Positions 34,362 through 44,167 are shown, numbered from the stretch's first letter. The stretch is DNA of 64,000 bases from Candidatus Dojkabacteria bacterium HGW-Dojkabacteria-1 (GCA_002840365.1 PHAO01000001.1:15594-79593), one strand, 5' to 3'. Program-made: numbers and translations. Notes: generated by a model from the letters alone, not told the origin.

Positions 34362-36197
34362 TTATTCCGTAATTTTCAACTCAACAATAGTTACTAATAC
34401 CCCTCCCCTTCTATTTGGGAACCTCTTAAGGAACTCAGGATAGTTACTTGGTATAAATTGTATCTCTGTTTTTTGATCTGAATAGTCAAGAGTCGTAATA
34501 TATTCTAATCCTTCTGACCATCTCATCCCTTTCAATTTGTTCTCAATTTCTTCCTTACTTACCTTTGGCCTTATAGATGATTGAGCTTCGAGTTTAATTT
34601 GAACTGAATCCTTTACTGTATCGTCTACTGTAAGTTTTTTCTCAACCTTATCACCAAGTACTAACTCTATATCATTCTCACTCTCAAAGAGGTTGTTTTC
34701 TATTGCCTCTTGTCTTAGCAATTCAGTTAATCCCTCATTTAGATTCTTTGTTGAGTAGTAAGTAGCGGTACCCTTAATTGTTACATCTAAGTTAACAATA
34801 CTTGCTTCTTCCCCTACTTTTTTATCTGTCTTTATACTTTCTTTATCTACTTCACTCTTAATACTGTTCTCTATGATTTCCCAACTCTTCTCTTTGCCTC
34901 TTAATTCAGATTTTACCTCCTCTATTGCAGTAGTACTTAATCTCTCTATCGCTGTGTCTAGGTCTTGTTGAGAAAGAACTGTGTATTCCTGCTTGCTTCC
35001 ACCAGTAAATGCTGCTGAGTTAAGACCGTATACCTCGGAGACATTGTAACCAGCAACAGAGAATGGTCTACTTGCAGCTATGTTATACTCTTCCCCTATA
35101 TCTGCTGCTGTAACTTCAATAGTTGACATTGAATTACAGTTCATCTCTACGGCACTATTTGTTTTGTATGAATATTTATCAGTAGTTATTGTATGTCCAT
35201 TACTTATCACAACCTTTGGAGAGGTTTCGTTACAACCACCACCTTTCCAATATGTAATAGTGACAGAGCCTTTTGCTTTTTCTCCTTTGTATGCTTTCCC
35301 TGTTGGATTAATAGTGTCTGAAAGACTTTTAGTTGCCTCACCTGCTTTAATAGGGATTTTTAGATTATCGAAATCTATTTCTTCAATGTTTGCATCTCCA
35401 GTAAAAGTCTTCTCTATCTCTACACTTTTTGCTTCCACAAAAATCTTTACTTTAACAAGAGGAGCCATCTGATTATATATAGCGAAGGAGACTCCAGGAA
35501 CAACCAAGAGTAATCCAATTGCTACAAAAAGTATTCTTAAGAATTTTTTATCCTTAAAATCTATCTTAATACCTTTAAATTTAGAGAGTACACTCTCTCT
35601 ATTTACCAAAGGTTCTCTTCTTCTATCAATTGGAGGATTTTCAGTAATTGGTATTGAAGCAAAATCTTTTCCAGCAAGTGACTCTTCTTTCTCTGCTGGT
35701 AAATCGCTATCTATTGAAATAAAGGATTCGTTATTTTTTTCTTTCTTTGGAACATATCTTTCTTCTCTTGATTTATTAATAGCGTTGTTAACCCTCTCTT
35801 CGAAGGAAGATGCTTTTTTTAATGCTTCTTCTTCAATGGCTTCCTCTACTTTCTTTCGTGGTTTACTACTTTTAGATTGTAATTCGAGTTCTTGTTCAAC
35901 CTCTATCCAATCCTCTTCGGTTGGAAGTGATGGTGTTTCTATTACCTTAATTCCTGCTAAATTACTGTTTCTTACCCCTGTTGGATTCTGTATTATCTGA
36001 GCAATGAGTAGTTTACCCTCTTTTTGAGCAACTTCGTTAATAACTTTTAGGTTAATTGGACTTATTAAAAGATCTGTTTGATCTGTAAAAGTTAATACAA
36101 CTCTCTCTGCTTTACTCTGATGTATTTCTTTAACCACATCAGTAAGCTCATGTGTACCATTTATTATTATTTTCTTTATATTGCTCTTGTCTTCCAT
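34362..36197 (-). CDS. Large bitopic protein, hypothetical. A cytoplasmic N-terminal domain and one transmembrane helix are followed by a ~370-aa extracytoplasmic domain.
   Basis: The transmembrane helix FLRILFVAIGLLLVVPGVSFAIY lies at about residue 215. It lies immediately 3' of the actin-like ATPase gene. Confidence 0.45.
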   Translation of the reverse strand: MEDKSNIKKIIINGTHELTDVVKEIHQSKAERVVLTFTDQTDLLISPINLKVINEVAQKEGKLLIAQIIQNPTGVRNSNLAGIKVIETPSLPTEEDWIEVEQELELQSKSSKPRKKVEEAIEEEALKKASSFEERVNNAINKSREERYVPKKEKNNESFISIDSDLPAEKEESLAGKDFASIPITENPPIDRRREPLVNRESVLSKFKGIKIDFKDKKFLRILFVAIGLLLVVPGVSFAIYNQMAPLVKVKIFVEAKSVEIEKTFTGDANIEEIDFDNLKIPIKAGEATKSLSDTINPTGKAYKGEKAKGSVTITYWKGGGCNETSPKVVISNGHTITTDKYSYKTNSAVEMNCNSMSTIEVTAADIGEEYNIAASRPFSVAGYNVSEVYGLNSAAFTGGSKQEYTVLSQQDLDTAIERLSTTAIEEVKSELRGKEKSWEIIENSIKSEVDKESIKTDKKVGEEASIVNLDVTIKGTATYYSTKNLNEGLTELLRQEAIENNLFESENDIELVLGDKVEKKLTVDDTVKDSVQIKLEAQSSIRPKVSKEEIENKLKGMRWSEGLEYITTLDYSDQKTEIQFIPSNYPEFLKRFPNRRGGVLVTIVELKITE

Positions 36198-36201
36198 TTC
36201 A

Positions 36202-37455
36202 TTAGGCGTCCCAATTTATATCATACTTCTTTTTATCTATCTCCATATCGTATACAAACTTTGCTAAAGATGCTGGAGTTATATCATATATATTTTCGAG
36301 TTCCCCACTATTATCTCTTACACCTCTTAATTGATTTGGAGTGAACATTTCTATCTTTGGTACAACTGTAAAAGGTAAGTATTTTTTCCATGGGAATTCA
36401 AGCATTACCTCCTTAATATCTGGAAGTAGAGCTCCTCCTCCACATAAATATATTTGAGAAGGTAGTATATCCACATCCTCACAGCTTTCAAGGGCAACTT
36501 TAAGTGTTCTCATCCAAAGGTTTGCAGTTGAGTACATTACCTTTTGTACCTGCCTTGAGACTTCTTTTGGTAATTCTTTGTTTGAGTACTTTATCTTCCT
36601 TATCTCTGCATGTCTAAAATCTGTATCTGTTAATTTTGCCAATTCTTTAGTAAATACCCTACCTCCAAATGCAAACATCTGAGTTTCTGCAATATTTCCA
36701 TCTTTTACAATTGCAACATCTGTAGTACCTCCACCGATATCTATAAAAATGGCCGAAAAGGATGGATTCTCTACTCCTGAGTGAGCTCTTGCTACTGCAA
36801 AAGGTTGTGATACTATACTTAACACACTTAAGTTAAGGGTATTTGCTACTTTTCTTAAAGCTTCAGTGTATGTTTTTGGTGCAAATGATGCATAGAAATG
36901 AAGCCTTACATCCCTACCCTTGTAACCAATTAATGTATTTACAGGCATTCCTCCAATTTCCAAACCCGTCGGAGTTATATGTAATATTTCAATATCTTCA
37001 TTTCTTAAGCCTGTTCTTTGACTTAAATCCCCTTTCCCATCTGCTACAATTTGTGCTTTTATCTGTGCAATTATCTTCTCTTGTTCTTTCTTTGTAACTT
37101 CCTTCTCGTGACTTTCTTCTCGTTGATAGTTAACTACTATTGATACTCCCTGTATATATTCTCCTGCGATTCCCATTATTACATTCTTTGGGTATTCTTC
37201 CTCTTTTAATGTACTGAGTAATTCTCCAATGGAGAGATTGCAATTCTCAAGAACTGTATCTAGATTTGTAATGATTCCACTACGCATAGCATGCTGTTGT
37301 TGCAAAATCCTAGATACTCTATTTACATACACACCTCCTTCATCCATTGTGAAAAGTAAACTCTTCACACTTTCGGTACCGATATCTAGTGCTACTACAG
37401 AGTTTTTACCATCTAAAAGGTTTACTTTTGATGTTTTAAAAGGCAGCTTTATCAT
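36202..37455 (-). CDS. Actin-family ATPase of the FtsA/PilM type (cell-division protein FtsA-like).
   Basis: It carries the phosphate-1 motif VVALDIGTESVKSLLF, the phosphate-2 motif IFIDIGGGTTDVAIV and the adenosine motif YLCGGGALLPDIKEVM. At 417 aa its length favours FtsA. Confidence 0.6.
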   Translation of the reverse strand: MIKLPFKTSKVNLLDGKNSVVALDIGTESVKSLLFTMDEGGVYVNRVSRILQQQHAMRSGIITNLDTVLENCNLSIGELLSTLKEEEYPKNVIMGIAGEYIQGVSIVVNYQREESHEKEVTKKEQEKIIAQIKAQIVADGKGDLSQRTGLRNEDIEILHITPTGLEIGGMPVNTLIGYKGRDVRLHFYASFAPKTYTEALRKVANTLNLSVLSIVSQPFAVARAHSGVENPSFSAIFIDIGGGTTDVAIVKDGNIAETQMFAFGGRVFTKELAKLTDTDFRHAEIRKIKYSNKELPKEVSRQVQKVMYSTANLWMRTLKVALESCEDVDILPSQIYLCGGGALLPDIKEVMLEFPWKKYLPFTVVPKIEMFTPNQLRGVRDNSGELENIYDITPASLAKFVYDMEIDKKKYDINWDA

Positions 37456-37501
37456 CTTAAGGAATTATATCATATGACAATACAGAAAGAAGTTTATTTC
37501 T

Positions 37502-39199
37502 CTATATTGTTACAACAAGTATGATGGGTTCTCTTTCAGTTTTCTTGTATATATGTTTACTGAGTGTTTTCTCTATGTTTTCTTTAAGTTCTTTTATTTC
37601 AAACTTGTTCTTCTTCTTTGAGAATCTTATCCAATCTCTATGAATGTCATATATCATTGTTTGTATTTCATTGAGAAGTTCTTGGGAAGCTTTCATATAT
37701 ATGAAACCTCTTGATACAAACTGAGGTCTACTAATTATGGCTTTATTTTTCTTACTTAAATTCAAAACTACAACAAACATTCCATATTCTGCAAGTTGTT
37801 GCCTATCTTTTAATACAATATCTCCTGTGTCTCCTACTCCTAAGCCGTCGATTAATATTGGCTTTGACTCTATTGGCTTCGATTTAATCCAGTTTCTTCC
37901 ATTGAAAGTCCAAATTTGTCCATCTCCTGTAAGTAGAACATCTTCATCTCTCATACCCCACTCTACATAGTTTTTCTTGTTGAAATATCTAAATGTTAAA
38001 GGCCCGTGTATTGGCATTACCTCTTTCGGTTGAACAAGATCATACATGATTTTCATATCCTCTTGATTACCATGGCCTGTTGAATGTATTTTAGTTTCAA
38101 TACTGTCCTTTACTAAATCTGCCCCCAAACTTATTAATCTATCAGTCATTTTCTCTATGCTTGAGATATTTTCGGGTATCTCTGAAGAAGACATTATTAC
38201 TAAGTCTCCTTTCTTTATCTTTATATATTTATGCTCATTAAGTGATATCCTATTAAGTGCTGCGAATCTTTCACCTTGACTACCAGTTGAAAGAATCATT
38301 AGTTGGTTATCTTTGTATTTTGGAATATCCCTTTCCTTAATTATTAAACCTTCTGGGATTTTAATATACCTTTGGGCATGAGCAATAGATATGGATTGTT
38401 CTAAGCTCCTACCAGAGATTACAATCTTTCTGTTTGTTCTTTTTGCTATCTCAAAAAGAGAGTGTAATCTTGTTAACAGAGATGAGAATGCTGCAACGAT
38501 GACTCTACCCTCTACTCCATTTATTACTCTCTCCAAGTTCTTAAAAACCTCTGTTTCTGAGGGGGCTTTGCCAGGTTTACTTGCATTAGTACTTTCCATT
38601 AATGCAAGATCAATTTTCCCTCTAAGAGATTTTAATTTTGCATAGTCAGCTTCTAATTCACTTGTTGGTTGGGTATCTATTTTGTAATCTCCAGAGAAAA
38701 ACACATTACCCTTGGGGGTTTCTACAAAAATTGAGAATGCATCTGGAATACTATGGTTTATACCTATAAAGGTGGCTTTAAAATTTCTACCTAAGTTAAT
38801 TTTTGTATGTCTTGTAACACCGAAAACTTTAGTTTTACTCTTCAAGTTATGTTCCTCTAGCTTTGCTTCGATTAATGCTTTCGCAAAAGCTCCTGCATAT
38901 ATTGGGGGGAAATCTAGAGCTGGAAGTAACCATCTCAAAGCCCCTGTGTGATCTAGGTGGCCATGTGTTATAAAGATACCTTTTACCTTATGTTTGTTTT
39001 TCGTTAAGTATTTAAAGTTTGGTATTAGGTAATCTATTCCGTACATTTCTTGCCCTGGGAATGAATATCCTGCATCTACAACAACTATTTCATCTCCATA
39101 TTCTAAAAAATTACAGTTTCGTCCGACTTCTTCCGTTCCTGACAGTGTACAAAGTTTTAATTCTTTGTCTCTAAAAAATTTGTTTTTAATATTATTCAT
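37502..39199 (-). CDS. rnj: Ribonuclease J (metallo-beta-lactamase/beta-CASP family).
   Basis: It carries HGHLDHTG (the HxHxDH motif), beta-CASP motifs and a C-terminal domain. The start was trimmed to MNNIKNKFFRDKELKLCTLSG at 39199. Confidence 0.8.
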   Translation of the reverse strand: MNNIKNKFFRDKELKLCTLSGTEEVGRNCNFLEYGDEIVVVDAGYSFPGQEMYGIDYLIPNFKYLTKNKHKVKGIFITHGHLDHTGALRWLLPALDFPPIYAGAFAKALIEAKLEEHNLKSKTKVFGVTRHTKINLGRNFKATFIGINHSIPDAFSIFVETPKGNVFFSGDYKIDTQPTSELEADYAKLKSLRGKIDLALMESTNASKPGKAPSETEVFKNLERVINGVEGRVIVAAFSSLLTRLHSLFEIAKRTNRKIVISGRSLEQSISIAHAQRYIKIPEGLIIKERDIPKYKDNQLMILSTGSQGERFAALNRISLNEHKYIKIKKGDLVIMSSSEIPENISSIEKMTDRLISLGADLVKDSIETKIHSTGHGNQEDMKIMYDLVQPKEVMPIHGPLTFRYFNKKNYVEWGMRDEDVLLTGDGQIWTFNGRNWIKSKPIESKPILIDGLGVGDTGDIVLKDRQQLAEYGMFVVVLNLSKKNKAIISRPQFVSRGFIYMKASQELLNEIQTMIYDIHRDWIRFSKKKNKFEIKELKENIEKTLSKHIYKKTEREPIILVVTI

Positions 39200-39252
39200 G
39201 CCAATGATTATATCATACCATCTGAAAAACAGCTTTCTGAAAAGAAAAATTG

Positions 39253-39261
39253 TGGTATAAT
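39253..39261 (+). promoter_or_regulatory. Extended -10 promoter element for the valS leader.
   Basis: TGgTATAAT at 39253-39261 is followed by the GGGGGG transcription start region. Confidence 0.45.
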
Positions 39262-39267
39262 GGGGGG

Positions 39268-39465
39268 TCGTTAATACAAGAGTAGTCACCTTGGAGACAT
39301 TGGGAAGAAATCTTTAAGAAATTAGAACCCACAGAGACCTTACTGTAAAGAAGGTTAATGAGCTCAATATTAATATATTGAGGAAGTAAGGTGGTAACGC
39401 GATATTCGCCCTTACATTAGAGTGTATCTATGGTACGATATATTCTAGTGTGAGGGCCTTTTTAA
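39268..39465 (+). promoter_or_regulatory. T-box riboswitch leader (tRNA-Val responsive) upstream of valS.
   Basis: The conserved T-box sequence AAGGTGGTAACGCG lies at 39388-39402. The Stem I region has AGAGA/GA elements and a candidate specifier CT-GTA-A (the GTA Val codon at 39345-39347). A terminator hairpin GCCCTtACA…TGTgAGGGC plus CTTTTT (39405-39463) overlaps the alternative GTG start. Confidence 0.7.
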
Positions 39466-39482
39466 TATATATACTTAAGTGT

Positions 39483-41759
39483 ATGAAAAAAGAAATACCT
39501 AAAGCTTTTGATTCGAATTCAAAGGAAAAAGAAATATACAAAATTTGGGAAAATTCAGGCTTATGCAGACCAGAGGGAATAGAAGAGCTGCTTAAACAAA
39601 ATGGTTTGAAGATAAAGAGTCCTTTTACAATTGTTCTTCCTCCTCCCAATGCTAATGCTAATTTACATATAGGGCATATGTGTGGGTATTCTTTCCAAGA
39701 TGCTATGGGTAGATATCAAAGAATGACAGGCCATCCTACTCTACTCTTGCCGGGTAAAGATCACGCAGGTATTCAAACAGAGACTTCTTTTACAAAGGTC
39801 TTGAAAGAGAAAGGTATAGACAAGTGGGAAATGGGAAAAGAAGAGTTTTACAAACAGTGCTATGCATTCTCAATGGGAAATGCTTCAAACGCAAGAGAAC
39901 AGGAAAAGAATATCGGTTTAAGTGCAGATTATACAAGGGAATTGTTTACTCTAGATCCTAAATTAACAAAGATTGTCTATGATACCTTTTATAAAATGTA
40001 CAAAGAAGGGTTAATTTACAGAGACAAAAGGATAATAAATCAGTGCCCTAATTGTAAAACTGCCCTTGCAGATATCGATACAGAACATGAAGAAAGGAGA
40101 GGTATTTTTGCATATATTGTTTATCCCTTTGTTGAGGAGGAAGATAGGAAGAGAGCTAAAGAAAAGTTTGGAGTTGAAGGTATTACTGTTGCAACTACTA
40201 GACCAGAGACTATGCTTGGTGATAGTGCAGTTGCTGTTAATCCTCAAGATACAAGATACAAAGAGTTTGTTGGTAAGAAAGTCCTACTCCCTATCGCAAA
40301 TAGGGAAATACCAATAATTGCTGATTCTGATATAGATATTGAACTTGGAACAGGTGCTCTGAAAGTTACACCAGCCCATTCTCCTGTTGATTTTGAAATT
40401 GGTAAAAAGCATGGCCTTGAAATTATCAATGTTATTAATGAAGAGGGAAAAATGACTGGTAGTATACCTGAAAGATTCTTAGGTATGGAAACAGTAGAGT
40501 GCTCAAAAGCTTTAGTTAAGGAATTAAGTGAAAAGGGTTTGTTGATAAAGATTGAGAATATTAAACATGAGATAAGTATTTGTGAAAGATGCAGAACAGC
40601 TATAGAACCCATTATCTCCAACCAATGGTATGTTGATGTTAATCCTTTAGCTAAAAAGGCCTTAGAAGTACTAAAGCAAGGAGAAACGACAGTTATACCT
40701 TCTGGTCAGCAAAAGGCATTAGAACACTTCTTTAACAATATCCAACCATGGTGTATATCAAGACAGCTTTGGTGGGGTCAAAGAATACCTGTTTGGTATA
40801 GTGGTAGTAAAAAATTGCATGATTGGTTAAGAGAGAATGAAGGAAAGGATATTGCTGAATTTAAAAAGGAGACTGGTGAAGAAGCTCGGGGAACGGGGGA
40901 AATATATCTTGGAGAAAATGCCCCTGATGATTTTGGAATATGGGAAGCTGAAGAAGATATGTTTGATACTTGGTTTAGTTCTGGGCAATGGCCATACTCC
41001 ACTTTGGGAGGTATAGGGGGAGAGGATTACAAAAAATACTATCCTACTCAAGTTATGGAAACAGCTAGGGATATTCTTTTCTGGTGGGTTGCAAGAATGA
41101 TGATGATGGGTATATATACAACAGGAAAGACACCATTTTCTACAGTCTTTCTACATGGCTTAATTCTTGCTGCTGATGGTAGTAAGATGTCAAAGTCTAA
41201 AGGTAATGGTGTTGAACCTACCGAAGTTATTAACAAATATGGAGCAGATGCTCTACGTCTTTGGTACTTTAGTGATGCACTACCAGGGTCTAATGCACCT
41301 GTTAGAGAAGAAAAGATAAAGGGAAATAGGAATTTTGTTAACAAGATATGGAATGCTTCCAGATTTATCTTGATGAATATAGATGAATCAGAATTAGAAA
41401 AAATATCTAATCATGAATTAGATATGTCTTTGTCAAGAATTAAAGAAACTCAAGAGCATACTATAAAGGTATTAAAATATCTTGAGAAATTCCAATTTAA
41501 TCTAGGAGCGGAAGCTATTAGAGAATTCTTTTGGCATCAGCTATGTGATATATGGATAGAGGAAATTAAGGGAGAGATAAAGGATGAGGAAATAGGGTCT
41601 GAGGAAAGAGTTGAGAAACTAAGTGAATTACTTTGGATTCTTAAGAGTAACTTAAAGATTATGCACCCATTTGTTCCTTTCATTACGGAATCAGTCTGGC
41701 AAGAATTAGTAAATCTAGAGCTTGCAGAGGGGATATTAATGGGAGAGCAGATATCATAA
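39483..41759 (+). CDS. valS: Valine--tRNA ligase (short form).
   Basis: It carries the class I HIGH motif (PNANANLHIGH) and the KMSKS motif (GSKMSKSKGN), together with the editing domain. The ATG at 39483 is preferred over the GTG at 39450, which lies inside the T-box terminator. Confidence 0.85.
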   Translation: MKKEIPKAFDSNSKEKEIYKIWENSGLCRPEGIEELLKQNGLKIKSPFTIVLPPPNANANLHIGHMCGYSFQDAMGRYQRMTGHPTLLLPGKDHAGIQTETSFTKVLKEKGIDKWEMGKEEFYKQCYAFSMGNASNAREQEKNIGLSADYTRELFTLDPKLTKIVYDTFYKMYKEGLIYRDKRIINQCPNCKTALADIDTEHEERRGIFAYIVYPFVEEEDRKRAKEKFGVEGITVATTRPETMLGDSAVAVNPQDTRYKEFVGKKVLLPIANREIPIIADSDIDIELGTGALKVTPAHSPVDFEIGKKHGLEIINVINEEGKMTGSIPERFLGMETVECSKALVKELSEKGLLIKIENIKHEISICERCRTAIEPIISNQWYVDVNPLAKKALEVLKQGETTVIPSGQQKALEHFFNNIQPWCISRQLWWGQRIPVWYSGSKKLHDWLRENEGKDIAEFKKETGEEARGTGEIYLGENAPDDFGIWEAEEDMFDTWFSSGQWPYSTLGGIGGEDYKKYYPTQVMETARDILFWWVARMMMMGIYTTGKTPFSTVFLHGLILAADGSKMSKSKGNGVEPTEVINKYGADALRLWYFSDALPGSNAPVREEKIKGNRNFVNKIWNASRFILMNIDESELEKISNHELDMSLSRIKETQEHTIKVLKYLEKFQFNLGAEAIREFFWHQLCDIWIEEIKGEIKDEEIGSEERVEKLSELLWILKSNLKIMHPFVPFITESVWQELVNLELAEGILMGEQIS

Positions 41760-41769
41760 AGGGAATGAG

Positions 41770-41847
41770 GATGGAGAGAGTCCGCGATATTGAAATCGTG
41801 ATGTATGGACTCTCTCCATCAGGTTGAGAAGCTAAGCTTTTCAACCT
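41770..41847. terminator. Two adjacent stem-loops between convergent genes, forming a putative bidirectional terminator.
   Basis: The first is GATGGAGAGAGTCC…(23-nt loop)…GGACTCTCTCCATC (41770-41820). The second is AGGTTGA-GAAGCtaaGCTTtTC-TCAACCT (41821-41847). No clean U-tract follows either. Confidence 0.35.
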
Positions 41848-41865
41848 AGAGTGGATCACCTCCTC

Positions 41866-41985
41866 TCAGTGGCCTTTCTTGCCATTTGTCTCCCTTGTGG
41901 GTTTCTGTTTCTTCTTTTCCTCCTCTTTCGAGGCTAAAGAAGATAACTTTGCCTTACCCTTTTCAGGATACGAAGAACTGGACAT
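41866..41985 (-). CDS. Small Lys-rich protein of 39 aa with a strong ribosome-binding site, hypothetical.
   Basis: The minus strand reads AAAAGGAGGTGGATT-ATG, then MSSSSYPEKGKAKLSSLASKEEEKKKQKPTRETNGKKGH, then TGA. The coding strand is purine-rich. It is not in the ORF track because it is shorter than 60 aa. Confidence 0.4.
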   Translation of the reverse strand: MSSSSYPEKGKAKLSSLASKEEEKKKQKPTRETNGKKGH

Positions 41986-42122
41986 AATCCACCTCCTTTT
42001 CTACTTTTATCAAAAAGATTTTATTTTGAAAACTGACAATTAACACGTCTTATAGTTTTAGTTATAAACGTTCAAGTTATGGTTAGTTCTAATAACCACG
42101 ATTTAGTTATATAATACTCACT

Positions 42123-43568
42123 ATGAACAACAAAAAACTGTATATTACAACAACACTCCCCTATGTAAATGCTGAACCACATATCGGTCATGCCTTGGAA
42201 TTTGTTCAGGCAGACGCCATCTCAAGATATTTTAAATCCAAACTTGGAAAAGAAAATGTATTCTTCAATGTTGGTACCGATGAGCATGGTCAAAAAATGT
42301 TTAAAAAGGCACAAGAGGAGGGTTTAGAAATACAGGAGTTTGTTAATAAATACGCTCAAAGATTCAAAGATTTCTGTAAATTGTTCTTTGTTGATTATGA
42401 TTTCTTCTATAGAACTTCAGATGAAAATCATCATAAAGCAGCTCAAGAATTTTGGAAAAGATGTAAAGAAAAGGGAGATATATACAAAAAAAGATATAGT
42501 GGTAAATATTGTGTCGGTTGTGAAAGATATATTACAGAAAAAGAGCTAGTTGATGGAAAGTGTCCTGACCATGGAACTGAGCCAGAAGAGAAGGATGAAG
42601 AGAACTATTTCTTTAAGCTTACTAATTACAAAGACCATCTATTAAAGTGGTTGGATTCTAATCCAGAAGTTTTAAAACCTAAACAGAAGAGAGAGGAATT
42701 AAAAAGAATTATAGAGGAAATTGAGGATATAAGTATATCAAGATTAAGAGAGAATCTTCCTTGGGGAATTGAAGTTCCAGATGACCCTGAACAGGTTTTC
42801 TATGTATGGTTTGATGCATTAACTAACTATGTTAATGTTATTGGTTTTGGAACAGATGAAGAAAAATTAAATGAATGGTGGCCAGGAATACAGCTCTTTG
42901 GTCCTGATAACTTGAGATTTCAAGGAGTTATATGGCAAGGAATGTTGGCTTCTGTTGGATTAGATCACAGTCAGAAGCTTCTAGAGCATGGTATGGTACT
43001 TGGTCCTGATGGTACTAAGATGGCAAAAACAAAAGGTAATGTAATCTCTCCGTTTGATCAGGAAGAGAAGTTTGGAGCAGAAATTGTAAGATTCTATCTT
43101 CTTGTTGGTATCCCAACATTTTCAGATTCCGCTTACAAAGAAGATGATTTAATAAATATGTATAATTCAAGATTGGCTAATAATTTTGGTAATCTGCTTA
43201 ACAGGGTAATCCATTTAGCCCAAAGCAAGGGGGTAGAGATTAACAAAGAGGAATTGGTTGAACAAGATTTTAAGAGAAAGGTTGATTCTATGAGAGAAGA
43301 GATAGAATCATATTACAATGATTATGAGATAGCTTTAGCTGCAGGAAAGATAGATGAATTAGCTGATTGGGGGAATAAATATATAACTGAGAAGGAGCCA
43401 TGGAGTAAAGAATTAGATTTTGATACTTGTCAAAATATCCTTAACAATCTTGGCTATCTCCTAAAAACCGTAATAGAACTATATTCTCCTATTGTTCCAG
43501 AGAGTTGTAGTAAAGCTAAAATAGCTCTTGAGAGAAATGAAAAGATTATTCTTTTCAACAAGATATAG
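42123..43568 (+). CDS. metG: Methionine--tRNA ligase (short form).
   Basis: It carries the HIGH motif (NAEPHIGH), the KMSKS-like GTKMAKTKGN, and CxxC knuckles (CVGCERY…CPDHG). Confidence 0.85.
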   Translation: MNNKKLYITTTLPYVNAEPHIGHALEFVQADAISRYFKSKLGKENVFFNVGTDEHGQKMFKKAQEEGLEIQEFVNKYAQRFKDFCKLFFVDYDFFYRTSDENHHKAAQEFWKRCKEKGDIYKKRYSGKYCVGCERYITEKELVDGKCPDHGTEPEEKDEENYFFKLTNYKDHLLKWLDSNPEVLKPKQKREELKRIIEEIEDISISRLRENLPWGIEVPDDPEQVFYVWFDALTNYVNVIGFGTDEEKLNEWWPGIQLFGPDNLRFQGVIWQGMLASVGLDHSQKLLEHGMVLGPDGTKMAKTKGNVISPFDQEEKFGAEIVRFYLLVGIPTFSDSAYKEDDLINMYNSRLANNFGNLLNRVIHLAQSKGVEINKEELVEQDFKRKVDSMREEIESYYNDYEIALAAGKIDELADWGNKYITEKEPWSKELDFDTCQNILNNLGYLLKTVIELYSPIVPESCSKAKIALERNEKIILFNKI

Positions 43569-43607
43569 TTGCTATATACTATAGTTAGTAAAAGTAAACA
43601 CTGCCCA

Positions 43608-44165
43608 ATGTTTAAAAAATATGTAGAACCAAAATCTATTAACTTCCTAGAGCCTGTTAATCAGGAATCTGATATGCTTGCAGGTGCCTTTACTTGGGTT
43701 GCAACTGCAGGAAAGAACCTTCTCATTATAGTTGAAATTGTTGTTCTTGCTGCTTTCTTTGCAAGATTTATTATGGATGGTAGGAACAATGATTTAACTG
43801 ATAAGATAAATGAACAGGTAATTGTCTTGGAGAATGACACCTGGAGACAGAGTGCTATTAGGTATGATAATTTACAAAATTTGTTTTTTGATATTAATAA
43901 TCTGGAGAAAGGTCAACAACTCAACTCAAGTGCTATCTCAGAAATATTAAGTAATATTCCAATGACATTAAATGTACAGACTTTCTCTTTCAATGGTTCG
44001 AGAGTTAGTCTTGCTTTGACAACACCAAACTTTGCAGCTCTTAAGAGTTATGAGGATTCGTTGAAAAACAATACATACTACTCGGATGTAAGATTCAATA
44101 TTAATAAATCTGGAGATGAATTGGAGGTAAATGTAACCTTTATACTTAATGATACAAAATTATAA
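43608..44165 (+). CDS. PilN-like type IV pilus assembly protein.
   Basis: The N-terminal motif SINFLEP resembles the PilN INLLP PilM-binding motif. One transmembrane helix follows, and the remainder is extracytoplasmic. The ATG at 43608 is preferred over the TTG at 43569. Confidence 0.5.
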   Translation: MFKKYVEPKSINFLEPVNQESDMLAGAFTWVATAGKNLLIIVEIVVLAAFFARFIMDGRNNDLTDKINEQVIVLENDTWRQSAIRYDNLQNLFFDINNLEKGQQLNSSAISEILSNIPMTLNVQTFSFNGSRVSLALTTPNFAALKSYEDSLKNNTYYSDVRFNINKSGDELEVNVTFILNDTKL

Positions 44166-44167
44166 TT

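Noticed and set aside
34091-34397. Three overlapping small plus-strand ORFs (63, 92 and 68 aa), plus the extended N-terminus of the minus-strand ORF 33508..34215.
   Set aside because: They read through the tRNA-Ser(GGA) and tRNA-Arg(UCU) genes. The minus-strand CDS was trimmed to start at 34101.
39450-39482. GTG start for valS, as listed in the ORF track (MRAFLIYILKCM…).
   Set aside because: The GTG lies inside the T-box terminator stem and U-tract (TGTgAGGGC-CTTTTT). The conserved ValRS N-terminus begins at the ATG at 39483 (MKKEIPKAFD…).
41849-41865. GGATCACCTCCT string resembling the 3' end of 16S rRNA (the anti-Shine-Dalgarno sequence).
   Set aside because: There is no other 16S-like sequence context. 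The string is simply the complement of the GGC-CAC-TGA-GAG-GAG… end of the small minus-strand ORF. It is not an rRNA gene.
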